A stretch of 64,000 nucleotides of DNA. Source: Neisseriaceae bacterium. Its GTDB lineage: Bacteria; Pseudomonadota; Gammaproteobacteria; Burkholderiales; Neisseriaceae. Each line of letters starts with the position of its first letter. Position 1 is the stretch's first letter. Made by a program: the position numbers and the translations under genes. The notes below the pieces were generated by a model. That model was not told where the DNA came from. It saw only the letters and a program-made list of their open reading frames with translations, and did not search any database. Below are positions 42,786 to 53,488 of the stretch, one piece after another. The DNA lies in the NCBI GenBank assembly GCA_017991555.1, contig JAGOQM010000004.1:18273-82272 (forward strand), given 5' to 3'.

Positions 42786-44819
42786 ATGATGAAAAAGTCT
42801 CGCAGTGCCTGTTTGCTGCTGGCGTTAGGGATGGCGGTGGCCAGCGGCGCCAGTCAGGCCCAAACGGGCCAAAAGCCTTCCTATTACGGTCAGTTACAGC
42901 AAAGTAACATGATTCCGCCGGCGATGCCGCTGGAAACGCCAGAAAAAACCACGCAAGACAGCCTGTCGGCGGTGCGGCGGCAGCAGGATTTTGACGTGCT
43001 GGCACGGGTGTACGAACAGGGCACGCCGTTTGAAATTCCCCACCTGCTGTTTGTGATTGATCGGCATGAGCATGATCAAATCTACTATGTCAACACGCCC
43101 AAACACCCCTTACACGAACGTTTTGTGACCCATCTATTGGGCAAAAAGCCGAGCAAAGAGGTGTTGAAAAGCTATTATTATGCGCCCGATCGTCGCTATG
43201 TGTTTGGCACCCTCAGCTGGCGGCAAAATATTCGGGCCTTTACCTATGAGTTTTGGGAGGGCGACAGGCTCACGCCAGAGCTGTTGCGCCTTACCGAGGC
43301 GCAGCTCAAACACACATTTTTTGCGCCCGTGCGCTTTAAAACCAATGCTTCTTGGCACCAGCAGGTTGGCGCGGCGGTGGGGCTGGACTACGTGACTCAA
43401 GAAGCCTTAATCAAAGAACAGCCTTTTATGGCCTTGAATCCAGGCTTGGCCGTGGGCCGACTCAGGTTGGTTGAGACCGAAGCCGATTTGGCCACGGTGG
43501 GCGAACACGACATCATCATCTTAAAAGAAGTGCCTCTGAGCCTGCCGCCGGTGGCCGCGGTGATTAATGAGCAGCCTTCGACCATTTTGTCGCATGTGAA
43601 TTTGTTGACCAAGGGTTGGCGGGTGCCCAATATTTATTTGAAAGATGCCAGTAAAATTATGGCGGCGATGCTGAATCAAAACGTCCTCCTCACGGTTGGG
43701 CCGAACGATTACAGCGTGGTGCCTTACGCCGACGCCCAGCGGCCACAGCCCCCTACAGTGGCCAATCTGCCTCAGCCGAATGTCACCGACGCCACGCTGA
43801 GGCCATTGGGCCAGCTGGGCAAAGGCGCGGGGCAATACTGTGGCAGCAAGGCCGCCAACCTGGGGGCGATTAAGCAAGGTAGGTTAGGCTTGAACGTGCC
43901 CGATGGCTTTTGCATTCCGTTTGCCCCATTTCAGCAGTTCATGGACCAACAGGGCATCACGCCGGCGTATTTGAATCAGCTCGAGGCGCAGTTTGACGGC
44001 GACGTGGCCAAGCGTAAAGCTGGCCTAGTCGCTCTGCGGCAGAAAATCATGTCGGCGCCGCTAGACCCTGAATGGGTGCGCGCTTGGGCAGCGCAGTGGC
44101 GACAGCAGCTACAGGGCCAAGGGGCGTTTGTGCGCAGCTCATCGAATTCAGAGGACTTACCCAATTTCAGTGGTGCCGGACTGTATCAGACGGTGCCGAA
44201 CGTGACCACGGAAGCCGACTTGGCCGAGGCGGTAAAAACCGTTTGGGCCTCGGTGTTCAACTTTGAGGCCTATGAGGCCAGGCGCGTGGCAGGCTTTCCC
44301 CAAAACAGCGTCAAGATGAGCGTGTTGGTGCAGCAGGCGATCAACGCCGATGCGTCCGGGGTGATGGTGACCTTAGACCCGTTTGATGAACGGCGTAAGG
44401 GGGTGATGTATCTGGCCGCCAAGCGCGGCATTGGCATAAGGGTCGTGGAAGGCAAGCGCATTGCCGAGCAGGTGTTGTACACGCACCGTACAGGCAGTGT
44501 GCAAGTGTTGACGCAGTCGGCCGATGAAGTGGCCTTACAGTTGGATGACCAAGGCGGGGTGGTCGAAGTGCCGCTGTCTGGCCCACCGGCGGTATTGGAC
44601 GAAGCCACGATTAAGCAATTGGCCGCCGCCAGCGTGGCCATTAAAACGCTGTTTGGCGAGGACGAGCAAGACATTGAGTGGGCCATTCAAGAGGGTCAGC
44701 TGTTCATTTTGCAAGCGCGGCCTTATATTCGGCAAGTGCCGTTGTCACAGCCTTTGGCCTTAGGCTTGGGCATTGTCTTTATGAGTTTTGGCACGCTGAC
44801 GGGGGCGGGTGTTGGCTAG
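42786..44819 (+). CDS. exported PEP-utilising-type protein: unknown N-domain, swivel phosphohistidine domain, then PPDK_N ATP-grasp domain
   Basis: Signal peptide MMKKSRSACLLLALGMAVASGASQAQ. Mobile-domain pattern IIILKEVPLSLPPVAAVINEQPSTILSHVNLLTKGWRVPN. PPDK_N pattern GSKAANLG...VRSSSNSEDLPNFSGAGLYQTV. I recognise no PEP/pyruvate TIM-barrel. Confidence 0.7.
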   Translation: MMKKSRSACLLLALGMAVASGASQAQTGQKPSYYGQLQQSNMIPPAMPLETPEKTTQDSLSAVRRQQDFDVLARVYEQGTPFEIPHLLFVIDRHEHDQIYYVNTPKHPLHERFVTHLLGKKPSKEVLKSYYYAPDRRYVFGTLSWRQNIRAFTYEFWEGDRLTPELLRLTEAQLKHTFFAPVRFKTNASWHQQVGAAVGLDYVTQEALIKEQPFMALNPGLAVGRLRLVETEADLATVGEHDIIILKEVPLSLPPVAAVINEQPSTILSHVNLLTKGWRVPNIYLKDASKIMAAMLNQNVLLTVGPNDYSVVPYADAQRPQPPTVANLPQPNVTDATLRPLGQLGKGAGQYCGSKAANLGAIKQGRLGLNVPDGFCIPFAPFQQFMDQQGITPAYLNQLEAQFDGDVAKRKAGLVALRQKIMSAPLDPEWVRAWAAQWRQQLQGQGAFVRSSSNSEDLPNFSGAGLYQTVPNVTTEADLAEAVKTVWASVFNFEAYEARRVAGFPQNSVKMSVLVQQAINADASGVMVTLDPFDERRKGVMYLAAKRGIGIRVVEGKRIAEQVLYTHRTGSVQVLTQSADEVALQLDDQGGVVEVPLSGPPAVLDEATIKQLAAASVAIKTLFGEDEQDIEWAIQEGQLFILQARPYIRQVPLSQPLALGLGIVFMSFGTLTGAGVG

Positions 44820-44928
44820 GCATCGATTAGGCTTGTGCCATGCATGGCACGCTGCGTTGCCTGTTTTATTGGGTAACGATCTGTTATATTAGCCATATTA
44901 TCAGCTGACTAACCGAAGGAGCCGCCCT

Positions 44929-45840
44929 ATGAATAGCAAAGTTGCCTTAAGCGTGTCGAAAGAGGGTCATTTTGAACGTCCAGCCAGTGTGTTTCGTGAT
45001 GCCTTGACGCCAGGCGGGCCGTTTGCGCCGGCGCTGGATCGGTATCATTTATACGTCAGCCTTGCCTGCCCTTGGGCGCACCGGGTGTTGATCATGCGTG
45101 CTTTGAAAGGGCTGGAGACGGCGTTGCCGGTGACGGTGGTTCATTGGCGCCTTGGGCCTAAGGGCTGGCATTTTGCCGCTGAGAAAGGGGCCGAGGCGGA
45201 CCCGCTGATGAACGCGCAATACTTATCTGAGGTGTATCAAAAAGCCGAGTCGGGCTATCAGGGCCGGGTGACGGTGCCAGTATTGTGGGATAAGCAGCGC
45301 CAAACCATTGTGAACAATGAGTCGTCAGAGCTGATTCGCATGCTCAACAGCGCTTTCGATGACTTGGGCGCGACCCCAGGCGATTATTATCCCGAAGCGC
45401 TGCGTGCCGACATTGATGCGGTCAACGAGCGGGTGTATGAAACCTTAAACAACGGCGTGTATCGCTGCGGCTTTGCGACGTCGCAGCAGGCCTATGATGA
45501 AGCGTACACCGCGCTGTTTGCCACCATGGATTGGCTGGCGGCACGGCTGAGCAAAGACGGTCCTTATTTAATGGGCGACACCTTAACCGAGGCCGACATT
45601 CGGTTGTTTACCACCTTGGTGCGGTTTGATGCGGTGTATCATGGCCACTTTAAGTGTAACCAACGGCAGCTGCAGGATTATCCTGCGCTCTGGGCCTATA
45701 CCCGCAGGCTGTATGCGCAGCCGGCCTTTGCGCAAGACGTGAACTTCTTTCACATCAAGCACCATTATTATGAGAGCCATCTGAACATTAATCCGACCGG
45801 GATTGTGCCCTTGGGCCCCGACATTGATTGGCGCCTTTAA
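44929..45840 (+). CDS. Xi/omega-class glutathionyl-hydroquinone reductase-type GST (YqjG-like)
   Basis: 303 aa with active-site motif CPWAHR. Confidence 0.82.
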   Translation: MNSKVALSVSKEGHFERPASVFRDALTPGGPFAPALDRYHLYVSLACPWAHRVLIMRALKGLETALPVTVVHWRLGPKGWHFAAEKGAEADPLMNAQYLSEVYQKAESGYQGRVTVPVLWDKQRQTIVNNESSELIRMLNSAFDDLGATPGDYYPEALRADIDAVNERVYETLNNGVYRCGFATSQQAYDEAYTALFATMDWLAARLSKDGPYLMGDTLTEADIRLFTTLVRFDAVYHGHFKCNQRQLQDYPALWAYTRRLYAQPAFAQDVNFFHIKHHYYESHLNINPTGIVPLGPDIDWRL

Positions 45841-45849
45841 GCAACATGG

Positions 45850-45884
45850 AAAAAGCCCTCAGAGCGTGCTCTGAGGGCTTTTTT
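45850..45884. terminator. bidirectional rho-independent terminator between the GST gene and hemH
   Basis: 12-bp stem agccctcagagc/gctctgagggct flanked by an A-run and a T-run. Confidence 0.85.
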
Positions 45885-45903
45885 GTGTCAGCCCAGATGG
45901 CTC

Positions 45904-47001
45904 TTAGCCTAACTGCTTTTTGACGGCCTGAACGCGCATGAGGCGGTCGTCTTGCCTGTCGCCGCTTTCACGCTCGGGGATCCAACCCTGAATCTGACTG
46001 TCGACGATGCTGACGAGGGTATCCATCCATTCCGGCTCGGTGTTCAAGCAGGGAATGTACTGGAAGCCTTTGCCGCCGGCGTCGATGAAGAGTTCGCGGC
46101 CCTCATCGTTGATTTCTTCTAAGGTTTCCAAGCAGTCGGAGACAAAGCCGGGGCACACCACGTCGATGTTTTTAACGCCGTGTTTTTTGGGAAGGGCGGA
46201 AAATAGGTCTTGCGTCGAAGGGCCCACCCATTTGGCTTTGCCGAAGCGGCTTTGGAAGCACACCACGTAGTCTTCGGCCTTAAGTTGTAAGGCCTGTGCC
46301 AGCAGTCGTGCGGTTTTGTGGCATTCGCAAAAGTAGGGGTCGCCTTGGTGTAGGGTTTTTTCAGGCACGCCATGAAAGCTCATCAGCAGCTTGTCGCCGC
46401 GGCCATGCTGTTGCCAATGCCGTTGAATGTGGTTGGCTAGGCTTTGAATGTAGGCCGGGTGGTCATGAAAGCGAGACACCGTGCGTACGTCCATCATGTT
46501 GCGTTGCTGCATCAGGGTGCGAAATACTTCGTCTAAGGCGGTGGCGCTGCTGGAGCCGGCGTACTGCGGATACAGCGGCAGCACAAACAGGCGCGTCACG
46601 CCCTGCTGCTTCATTTTTTGCAACACGCTTTGCACCGAAGGATTGCCGTAGCGCATGGCATAGTCGACCACGATGAGGTCGCTTTGGGCCTTAAGTCGTT
46701 CGGCCAGCAAGGCGGCTTGCTGCTGGGTGTAATAGGCCAAGGGCGAGCCGGCCTCGAACCAAATGCGGCGGTATTTTTGGGCGCTTTGCTTGGGGCGAAA
46801 GGTTAAAATAATGCCTTTTAAAATCGGTTGCCACAGCCAGCGCGGTAGCTCGACGACGCGGCGGTCGGACAAAAACTGGTTCAGATAGCGGCGTAGCGGC
46901 TTGGTTTCTGGGGCATCTGGGGTGCCTAAGTTCATCAACAATACGCCGACTTTGGGCTGGTATTGGTTGTGGTTGTGCGTGGGTTCGGCTAAAAAAGTCA
47001 T
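45904..47001 (-). CDS. hemH: ferrochelatase
   Basis: Full-length ferrochelatase pattern (GVLLMNLGTP, LPLYPQY). The ATG at 47001 lies just after the ftsK stop. The ORF-track start at 47076 would overlap ftsK. Confidence 0.9.
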   Translation of the reverse strand: MTFLAEPTHNHNQYQPKVGVLLMNLGTPDAPETKPLRRYLNQFLSDRRVVELPRWLWQPILKGIILTFRPKQSAQKYRRIWFEAGSPLAYYTQQQAALLAERLKAQSDLIVVDYAMRYGNPSVQSVLQKMKQQGVTRLFVLPLYPQYAGSSSATALDEVFRTLMQQRNMMDVRTVSRFHDHPAYIQSLANHIQRHWQQHGRGDKLLMSFHGVPEKTLHQGDPYFCECHKTARLLAQALQLKAEDYVVCFQSRFGKAKWVGPSTQDLFSALPKKHGVKNIDVVCPGFVSDCLETLEEINDEGRELFIDAGGKGFQYIPCLNTEPEWMDTLVSIVDSQIQGWIPERESGDRQDDRLMRVQAVKKQLG

Positions 47002-47008
47002 GGTGCGT

Positions 47009-49372
47009 CTATTCTTCTGAAGATCGAGCCAAAATTTGGCGGCTGCCGCCCACTTCTGGGGCCGACACGATGCCACCGCGTTCTAAGTCTTCCATTAAAT
47101 TGGCTGCTCGATTGTAGCCAATTCGTAAATGGCGTTGTAGGGAGGATATAGAGGTTTTACGACTGCTTAAAATAAACTCTACCGCTTGGTCAAACAGTTC
47201 ATCTGCGCCTTGGCCACTGCCGTCGGCAGCCCCATCGGTGCTGTTGCTGGCTTCGCCGGTCAGCAGGCCTTCCACATAGTCTACTGGACCTTGGCGTTTT
47301 AAGTAATCCACCACCTGGTGGACTTCTTCATCGGAGACAAAAGCCCCGTGAATGCGGGTGGGGTCGCCGGAGCCAGGCGGTAAGAATAACATGTCGCCTT
47401 TACCCAACAGATTCTCGGCGCCCATTTGGTCCAAAATGGTGCGGCTGTCGATGCGGCTGGATACTTGGAACGAAATTCGGGTGGGAATGTTGGCCTTTAT
47501 CAGGCCGGTAATCACGTCCACCGAAGGCCGTTGCGTGGCCAAGATCAAATGGATGCCGGCGGCACGCGCTTTTTGCGCCAGGCGCGCAATCAGCTGTTCG
47601 ACTTTTTTGCCTTCCACCATCATCAGGTCGGCCAGCTCATCGATGATGACCACGATTTGCGGTAGCGGCAACAGTGGCTCTGGGTTGTCTGGGTCGAGGC
47701 TGAACGGATTGGTTAATGGTTCGCCTTTGTTTTTAGCGGCCTGTAGTTTTTCATTAAACCCGGCTAGGTTGCGTACGCCGGTGTGGGCCAAGAGGCGATA
47801 GCGTTTTTCCATTTCCTGCACGCACCAGTTCAGCGCGTTGGCGGCGTGCTTCATGTCGGTTACCACCGGCGCCAGCAGGTGGGGAATGCCCTCATAAATC
47901 GACAGTTCCAGCATTTTAGGGTCGACCATGATGAGGCGCACTTCTTCTGGTGACGCCTTGTACAGCATCGACAAGATCATGGCGTTAATCGCCACCGACT
48001 TACCCGAGCCAGTGGTACCGGCCACCAGGACGTGTGGCATTTTGGCTAGGTCGGCCACCACCGGCTGGCCAGAAATGTCTTTGCCCATGGCTAGGGTCAG
48101 CTTAGAACCGCTGTTGGCAAACACCGGCGCGTCAAAAATATCGCGCAGGCCCACGTTTAAGCGTTCTGGATTAGGCAGTTCGATGCCCATCGAGCTCTTG
48201 CCGGCAATGGTTTCGACAATGCGCACGCTTTGTAAGGCCAGGGCGCGGGCGAGGTCTTTGCCGAGGTTGACGATTTGGGTGCCTTTAACCCCTTGCGCCG
48301 GTTCGATTTCGTAGCGGGTGATCACGGGGCCTGATGTGGCGCTGATGACGCGTACCGACACACCAAATTCGTTGAGGCTGCGTTCGATCAGGTCGGCCGT
48401 TTGCTGTAGGGTTTGCTGGTCTATGGGCTTATTTTGCTGGGCGGTGAGCGACAGCAGGTTCACCCCGGGCAAGGCCGTGCTTTTGGCCGTGCGCGGTTTT
48501 TTAGGCGCACGTGGCTTGCCGTCTGCCGGGGCGGCGGCCTCATTGGCGGCGTCTTCTTCGTCAAATTCATCAAACAAGGACGGCTGTTCTAAATCCAAGG
48601 CAGGGGCCACCTGTACCGGAATCGGCGCCTTGGTGGTTTCTGTGGCGTTGCCGCCGACGGTGACTTCCTTGGCGATGCGGCGGGTGATGCGTTTTTTGGG
48701 TAGGTCTTGAATGAAGGCGTGCGGCTTTTGGATCAGCTTCAGCCACAGCCACTCTAGGCGGGTGCCCAGTTTTTCAATCAGCACCAGCCACGACACTTGT
48801 AACAATAGCGACAGGCCAATCATGACGCAGCACAGGCTGAGCACAAAGGTGCCGGTCATGCCCAAGTAGGTGCTTAAGAGGCCGCCGAGTTGACTGCCCA
48901 TAAAGCCGCCGGCGCCAAAGGGCAGGCCGTCGAACTGATTTTTCCAGCCCAAGTATTCCAAAATGGGGCTGGCCACAAACAGCAACAAGACGCCGCAGGT
49001 GCCAATCACGTTGTTGTAGCGGTGTTCTTTTTGCTCGTTGGCTAAGGGGCGAAAGGATTTAACCAGCCAGGTGATGGCGGCGATGATGAGCCACCAGGCG
49101 GAAATGCCGGCCAGATAGTACATGATGTCGGCGAAATAGGCGCCAAAAACGCCGCCAAGGTTGCGCATTTCGGTGCCTTGCACGCTGCGTGACCAAGCGG
49201 GGTCTAAAGGGGTGAAGCTGGCCAAGCTGAGGCCCAGGTACACCACCACTAATAGGGCCACCAGCCATAGGGCATCATTAATAAGAATGATGAGGTGGGG
49301 CGCCTGAGTGCGAGACTTATTTTTAACGACGGATTTTCGTTTGGTTTTCTTTTTAAATAAATTCATAGTCAT
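47009..49372 (-). CDS. ftsK: DNA translocase FtsK
   Basis: 787 aa with N-terminal TM helices, a linker, a motor domain with Walker A GTTGSGKS, and a C-terminal gamma winged-helix domain. Confidence 0.94.
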   Translation of the reverse strand: MTMNLFKKKTKRKSVVKNKSRTQAPHLIILINDALWLVALLVVVYLGLSLASFTPLDPAWSRSVQGTEMRNLGGVFGAYFADIMYYLAGISAWWLIIAAITWLVKSFRPLANEQKEHRYNNVIGTCGVLLLFVASPILEYLGWKNQFDGLPFGAGGFMGSQLGGLLSTYLGMTGTFVLSLCCVMIGLSLLLQVSWLVLIEKLGTRLEWLWLKLIQKPHAFIQDLPKKRITRRIAKEVTVGGNATETTKAPIPVQVAPALDLEQPSLFDEFDEEDAANEAAAPADGKPRAPKKPRTAKSTALPGVNLLSLTAQQNKPIDQQTLQQTADLIERSLNEFGVSVRVISATSGPVITRYEIEPAQGVKGTQIVNLGKDLARALALQSVRIVETIAGKSSMGIELPNPERLNVGLRDIFDAPVFANSGSKLTLAMGKDISGQPVVADLAKMPHVLVAGTTGSGKSVAINAMILSMLYKASPEEVRLIMVDPKMLELSIYEGIPHLLAPVVTDMKHAANALNWCVQEMEKRYRLLAHTGVRNLAGFNEKLQAAKNKGEPLTNPFSLDPDNPEPLLPLPQIVVIIDELADLMMVEGKKVEQLIARLAQKARAAGIHLILATQRPSVDVITGLIKANIPTRISFQVSSRIDSRTILDQMGAENLLGKGDMLFLPPGSGDPTRIHGAFVSDEEVHQVVDYLKRQGPVDYVEGLLTGEASNSTDGAADGSGQGADELFDQAVEFILSSRKTSISSLQRHLRIGYNRAANLMEDLERGGIVSAPEVGGSRQILARSSEE

Positions 49373-49425
49373 TCATGTCATTGGGTCGGTGCGGTTTGAT
49401 AACCAGTATGCGTCGTAAGAGTGCT

Positions 49426-50547
49426 TTAAGCAGGGTAAAGTGCCCCTAACAAACGTTTGCCAGCAGCGCCCGTGGCTTCCGGCAGGTTGCCGGGTTGCCG
49501 ATGGATGAGCTGCGCCGCTAGCCAGCCAAAGGCGGCGGCCTCTACCCATTGAGGGTGTAAATCCAATTCGGCCGTGTCGCTTAAAACCAATCGTGGTAAT
49601 AAATCTTTTAGTCGATTGTATAATAAGCCATTATTCAAACCACCACCACACACAAATAGGGTTTGGGTGTCTGGCGCATGCGCCTGAATGGCGTCGGTGA
49701 TCGAATGGGCCGTGTATTCCAGTAGGGTACGCAACACGTCCTGTGGTTTTTCGGTGCCGTTTAAATAGGGGCTGAGCCAGCCCAGCGAGAACAGATCGCG
49801 GCCGGTGCTCTTGGGTGGCGTTTGAGCGAAGTAAGGGTGGGTAAGGAGTGTGGTCAACAGGGTCGGCAAAACGGTGCCGGCGGCGGCCAAGCGGCCGTCT
49901 TCGTCGTAGTGCTGCTGCCACTGCTGCTGCACCCAAGCGTCCATCAGCATGTTGCCGGGGCCCGTGTCGAAGCCAAAGGCGGCTTGCTGGGGTGCCAAAA
50001 CGGTGATGTTGGCAATGCCACCAATGTTTAAAATGGCTCGGTGCTGCTGCGGATGGGCAAACAGGGCCTGGTGAAAAGCAGGGACCAAGGGCGCACCCTG
50101 TCCACCGGCGGCAAGGTCACGGCTGCGAAAGTCGCCCACGACGTCGATTTGGGTCAGCTCGGCCAATAGGGCTAAGTCGCCGCTTTGGAGGGTGTAGCCT
50201 TGGTCTGGGTTGTGGCGAATGGTTTGGCCGTGGCAGCCGATGGCGCGAATGGCCTGCCGGTTAATTTGGTGCTGGCGCAACAGCGTATTCACCGCCTCAG
50301 CGTAGAGGTGGCTCAGCGTTTGCGCCAGTAGGGCATTGCGGTGCAGCTCGTTGTCGGCCACCTGCTGTAGGGCCAACACTTGGGCTTGTACTGCGGCAGG
50401 ATAAGGAATGAAGGCGTGGGCGATGGCGCCGCACCAGCGATGCTGCTGGGTGCGAACCAAAACGGCGTCCACGCCATCTAGGCTGGTGCCAGACATGAGG
50501 CCAATATAGTATTCGTATTCGGAAACCGACAGCGTTGCCGTAGCCAT
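49426..50547 (-). CDS. anmK: anhydro-N-acetylmuramic acid kinase
   Basis: 373 aa with N-terminal motif GLMSGTSLDGVDA. Confidence 0.9.
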   Translation of the reverse strand: MATATLSVSEYEYYIGLMSGTSLDGVDAVLVRTQQHRWCGAIAHAFIPYPAAVQAQVLALQQVADNELHRNALLAQTLSHLYAEAVNTLLRQHQINRQAIRAIGCHGQTIRHNPDQGYTLQSGDLALLAELTQIDVVGDFRSRDLAAGGQGAPLVPAFHQALFAHPQQHRAILNIGGIANITVLAPQQAAFGFDTGPGNMLMDAWVQQQWQQHYDEDGRLAAAGTVLPTLLTTLLTHPYFAQTPPKSTGRDLFSLGWLSPYLNGTEKPQDVLRTLLEYTAHSITDAIQAHAPDTQTLFVCGGGLNNGLLYNRLKDLLPRLVLSDTAELDLHPQWVEAAAFGWLAAQLIHRQPGNLPEATGAAGKRLLGALYPA

Positions 50548-50591
50548 GATGCACTCCTTGGTGGGTATGCTTGATTATACTATCAGTAGAC

Positions 50592-50622
50592 AAACAAAAC
50601 GCGCCCTATGGGCGCGCTTTTT
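50592..50622 (-). terminator. rho-independent (bidirectional-looking) terminator of the cytochrome c5 gene
   Basis: Stem gcgccc/gggcgc with T-rich tracts on both strands. Confidence 0.7.
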
Positions 50623-50636
50623 AATAAAAGTGTGAT

Positions 50637-51209
50637 TTACTCTTGAGGAGCGGCTTCTTCAGCAGCAGGGGCTTCGCCTTCAGCTGCGGCTTCTTCGCCC
50701 TCGGCACCTTCTTCGCCTTCTTCAACAATCGCAGGGGCAGTGAAGTTAGCGCCAGCGCTGTTGGCCATGTAGGCAACGGCACGTGCCACTTCATCATCGG
50801 TCAGGTCTGAGCGACCGCCACGGGCAGGCATGGTGTCATTCATGAAACCGTTAATGGCATGATCTAATAGGGTGTCGTAGCCTTTGGCAATGCGTGGACC
50901 CCATTGGTCAGGGTGGTTAAGTTTAGGAGAGTTGGCCACGGTAGAGTCTTCCGCGTGACACTGGATGCAGACTTTGTTGAAAACTAACTCACCACTGCGT
51001 TGACCTGCAGGAACGCCATCGCCTAAGACAATGTTGCCCGTTGGTTTAATGCGTGAGCTCACGGCCTCTTTGGTCATTTCATCAAAATCACTGTGAAAAC
51101 CAGAAGTGGCTAAACTAACCAACAAATACAAAAAGCCAAGAATAATGACAATACCACCGATTAAAGTAGTCGCTGCGGAACCGGTAGTGTGTTTTCTAGA
51201 GGTGTTCAT
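50637..51209 (-). CDS. membrane-anchored c-type cytochrome (cytochrome c5-like)
   Basis: N-terminal TM helix, heme motif CIQCH with a distal Met region, and an Ala/Glu-rich C-terminal tail. Confidence 0.85.
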   Translation of the reverse strand: MNTSRKHTTGSAATTLIGGIVIILGFLYLLVSLATSGFHSDFDEMTKEAVSSRIKPTGNIVLGDGVPAGQRSGELVFNKVCIQCHAEDSTVANSPKLNHPDQWGPRIAKGYDTLLDHAINGFMNDTMPARGGRSDLTDDEVARAVAYMANSAGANFTAPAIVEEGEEGAEGEEAAAEGEAPAAEEAAPQE

Positions 51210-51490
51210 TTTATATATTGCCTCGCCTGAAAAGGGTAAACGTAGGGTAATAGAATGCCAAGATTATACTTAAAAGGCCCCATCTTTCCAATCTTAAACT
51301 TTGGCCTGCCTCAAGTTAACACAGATTAAATGAGAAAAATGGGTGCTTTATTAGGGTATTAGCCCATAATGATGCTTGGCTTAAGGTTGTGTTCTGCTCC
51401 ATTTTATCGCATTTATTTACCCTTTTGGGGCTTATGTGCCTTTACAAGGTGGCATGAGATAAGCTAACCTTGCGCCATAGTGAGTTTTAC

Positions 51491-51566
51491 GCACCCATAG
51501 CTCAGTTGGAAGAGCGTCAGTTTCCGAAGCTGGAGGCCACAGGTTCGATCCCTGTTGGGTGCGCCA
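51491..51566 (+). tRNA. tRNA-Arg (anticodon CCG)
   Basis: A manual cloverleaf fold fits: acceptor gcaccca/tgggtgc, D arm gctc/gagc, anticodon stem tcagt/gctgg with loop ttCCGaa, T arm acagg-ttcgatc-cctgt, and an encoded CCA. Confidence 0.9.
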
Positions 51567-51579
51567 CTTAGCCTATTAA

Positions 51580-51616
51580 ACACGCGTTCTGAATCGATCA
51601 GAAGCGTGTTTTTTTG
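51580..51616 (+). terminator. rho-independent terminator after tRNA-Arg
   Basis: Imperfect stem cacgc(g)ttctga/tcagaagcgtg followed by a 7-T run. Confidence 0.8.
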
Positions 51617-51637
51617 TGCCTATTGGCAACGTTTAGG

Positions 51638-51667
51638 TAAAAAAAGGCCCCAAGCAGAACTTGGGGC
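51638..51667 (-). terminator. rho-independent terminator of aceA
   Basis: Stem gccccaag/cttggggc with an A-run on the plus strand. Confidence 0.8.
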
Positions 51668-51701
51668 AAATATCAGCATGAGTCAGGAAACAAGGTAAAA
51701 C

Positions 51702-53000
51702 TTAGTGGAACTGCTCTTCTTCGGTAGAGCCGGTTAGGGCCGTTACGCTAGAAGTACCACCTTGAATAACGGTGGTTACTTGGTCAAAGTAACCGGTGCC
51801 AACCTCTTGTTGGTGAGACACAAACGTGTACCCACGGTCGCGAGCGGCGAATTCAGGCTCTTGAACTTTCTCAACATAGGCAGACATGCCGCGCTCGGCG
51901 TAGTCTTGTGCCAAATCGAACATGTTGTACCACATGTTGTGAATGCCGGCTAAGGTAATGAACTGGTATTTGTAGCCCATTGCGCCTAGTTCGCGTTGGA
52001 ATTTCGCGATGGTGGCATCGTCCAAGTTTTTCTTCCAGTTAAACGAAGGTGAACAGTTGTAAGCCAGTAATTTACCTGGGAATTCTTTGTGAATCGCTTC
52101 CGCAAATTGACGGGCGAATTCCAAATCAGGGGTGCCGGTCTCACACCAAATCAAATCGGCATAAGGGGCGTAGGCTAGGCCGCGAGAAATGGCTTGTTCT
52201 AGGCCATTTTTAGTGCGGTAGAAGCCTTCGGCAGTCCGTTCGCCGGTGCAGAATGGCGCATCGTTAGGGTCAACGTCTGAAGTCAGCAAGTCTGCCGCTT
52301 CGGCGTCGGTACGGGCCAAGATCAAGGCAGGTACGCCCATCACGTCGGCGGCCAAGCGCGCAGAAATCAACTTCTGTACTGCTTCTTGGGTCGGCACCAG
52401 TACTTTACCGCCCATGTGGCCACATTTCTTTACCGCAGCCAGTTGGTCTTCAAAGTGAACCCCAGCCGCGCCAGCTTTAATCATGGCTTTCATCAGTTCG
52501 AAAGAGTTCAGTACGCCACCAAAGCCTGCTTCTGCGTCGGCCACGATGGGGGCGAAGTAGTCAACGTACTCTTTGTCGCCAGCATCCACGCCACGAGCGT
52601 GTTGAATTTCGTCGGCACGGGTAAAGGTGTTGTTGATGCGCTCAACCACGGCGGGCACTGAGTCAACTGGGTATAACGATTGATCAGGGAACATCGACAT
52701 GTATGAGTTGTTGTCTGCCGCAACCTGCCAGCCCGATAGGTAAATGGCTTTAATGCCGGCTTTAACCTGTTGCATGGCTTGGCCACCGGTTAGGGCGCCC
52801 AAACAGTTAATAAATGGCTCGTCGTGAACCAAGCGCCATAATTTTTCAGCGCCGTTACGAGACAGGCTGTGTTCAACATTAATAGAGCCTCTTAGGCGTT
52901 CAACATCTTCAGCGGTGTAGCCGCGTTTGATGCCTTTCCAGCGAGGGTTTTCTTGCCAATCTTTTTCGATTGCTGCGATACGTTCTGCACGATTAGTCAT
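51702..53000 (-). CDS. aceA: isocitrate lyase
   Basis: 432 aa with the signature [13 protein letters not shown]. Confidence 0.95.
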   Translation of the reverse strand: MTNRAERIAAIEKDWQENPRWKGIKRGYTAEDVERLRGSINVEHSLSRNGAEKLWRLVHDEPFINCLGALTGGQAMQQVKAGIKAIYLSGWQVAADNNSYMSMFPDQSLYPVDSVPAVVERINNTFTRADEIQHARGVDAGDKEYVDYFAPIVADAEAGFGGVLNSFELMKAMIKAGAAGVHFEDQLAAVKKCGHMGGKVLVPTQEAVQKLISARLAADVMGVPALILARTDAEAADLLTSDVDPNDAPFCTGERTAEGFYRTKNGLEQAISRGLAYAPYADLIWCETGTPDLEFARQFAEAIHKEFPGKLLAYNCSPSFNWKKNLDDATIAKFQRELGAMGYKYQFITLAGIHNMWYNMFDLAQDYAERGMSAYVEKVQEPEFAARDRGYTFVSHQQEVGTGYFDQVTTVIQGGTSSVTALTGSTEEEQFH

Positions 53001-53440
53001 ACTAGGATTTCCTTTGTTCTAATTTAGATTTTGGATTCTGAATGGATCGTCATCGGCCCTGAGGGGAACGTCCTTCTTGGCCTTGGCGATGTGAAAATTT
53101 AACCATGTTTCGGGCAGGGTAGCCAGCCCGATTTGTCGCCAAGGTGTTAGAACAAACGGTCTAATTTTCAATTGCTTACTGCTGAGTTCGGTTTCGAGTT
53201 TCGGGTTTGTTGTTAAATGTTCCTTTGCGGTTTTTTCGACAGAAATGCGTGTTGAGAAGAGAAGATTTTTCGGCGCATTATGGGCCAGTTTTGTGGTTCT
53301 AAGTCTGATGGCCCTAGGGCTTGGGCGCTTAGGACGTTGCAATGCAGCATGTTGTTTTTCGTTGTCACAAAAAGAATCTATGTTGTTTTGGTTAAACTGT
53401 TGTATTTTTACAAATAAATTTAAAAATAAGGGATTAAATA

Positions 53441-53468
53441 ACAAAAGAGCCCGCCATATGGGCGGGCT
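53441..53468 (-). terminator. rho-independent terminator of aceK
   Basis: Stem agcccgcc/ggcgggct with an A-run on the plus strand. Confidence 0.8.
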
Positions 53469-53488
53469 GACTGTCAATACTTTATTGA

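Noticed and set aside
53019-53477. 152-aa ORF on the minus strand filling the aceK-aceA spacer (and the overlapping + ORF 53245-53763)
   Set aside because: It starts inside the aceK terminator hairpin, has no RBS, and has AT-rich low-complexity composition. The plus-strand ORF runs antisense into aceK. Both look like chance ORFs in a leader region.
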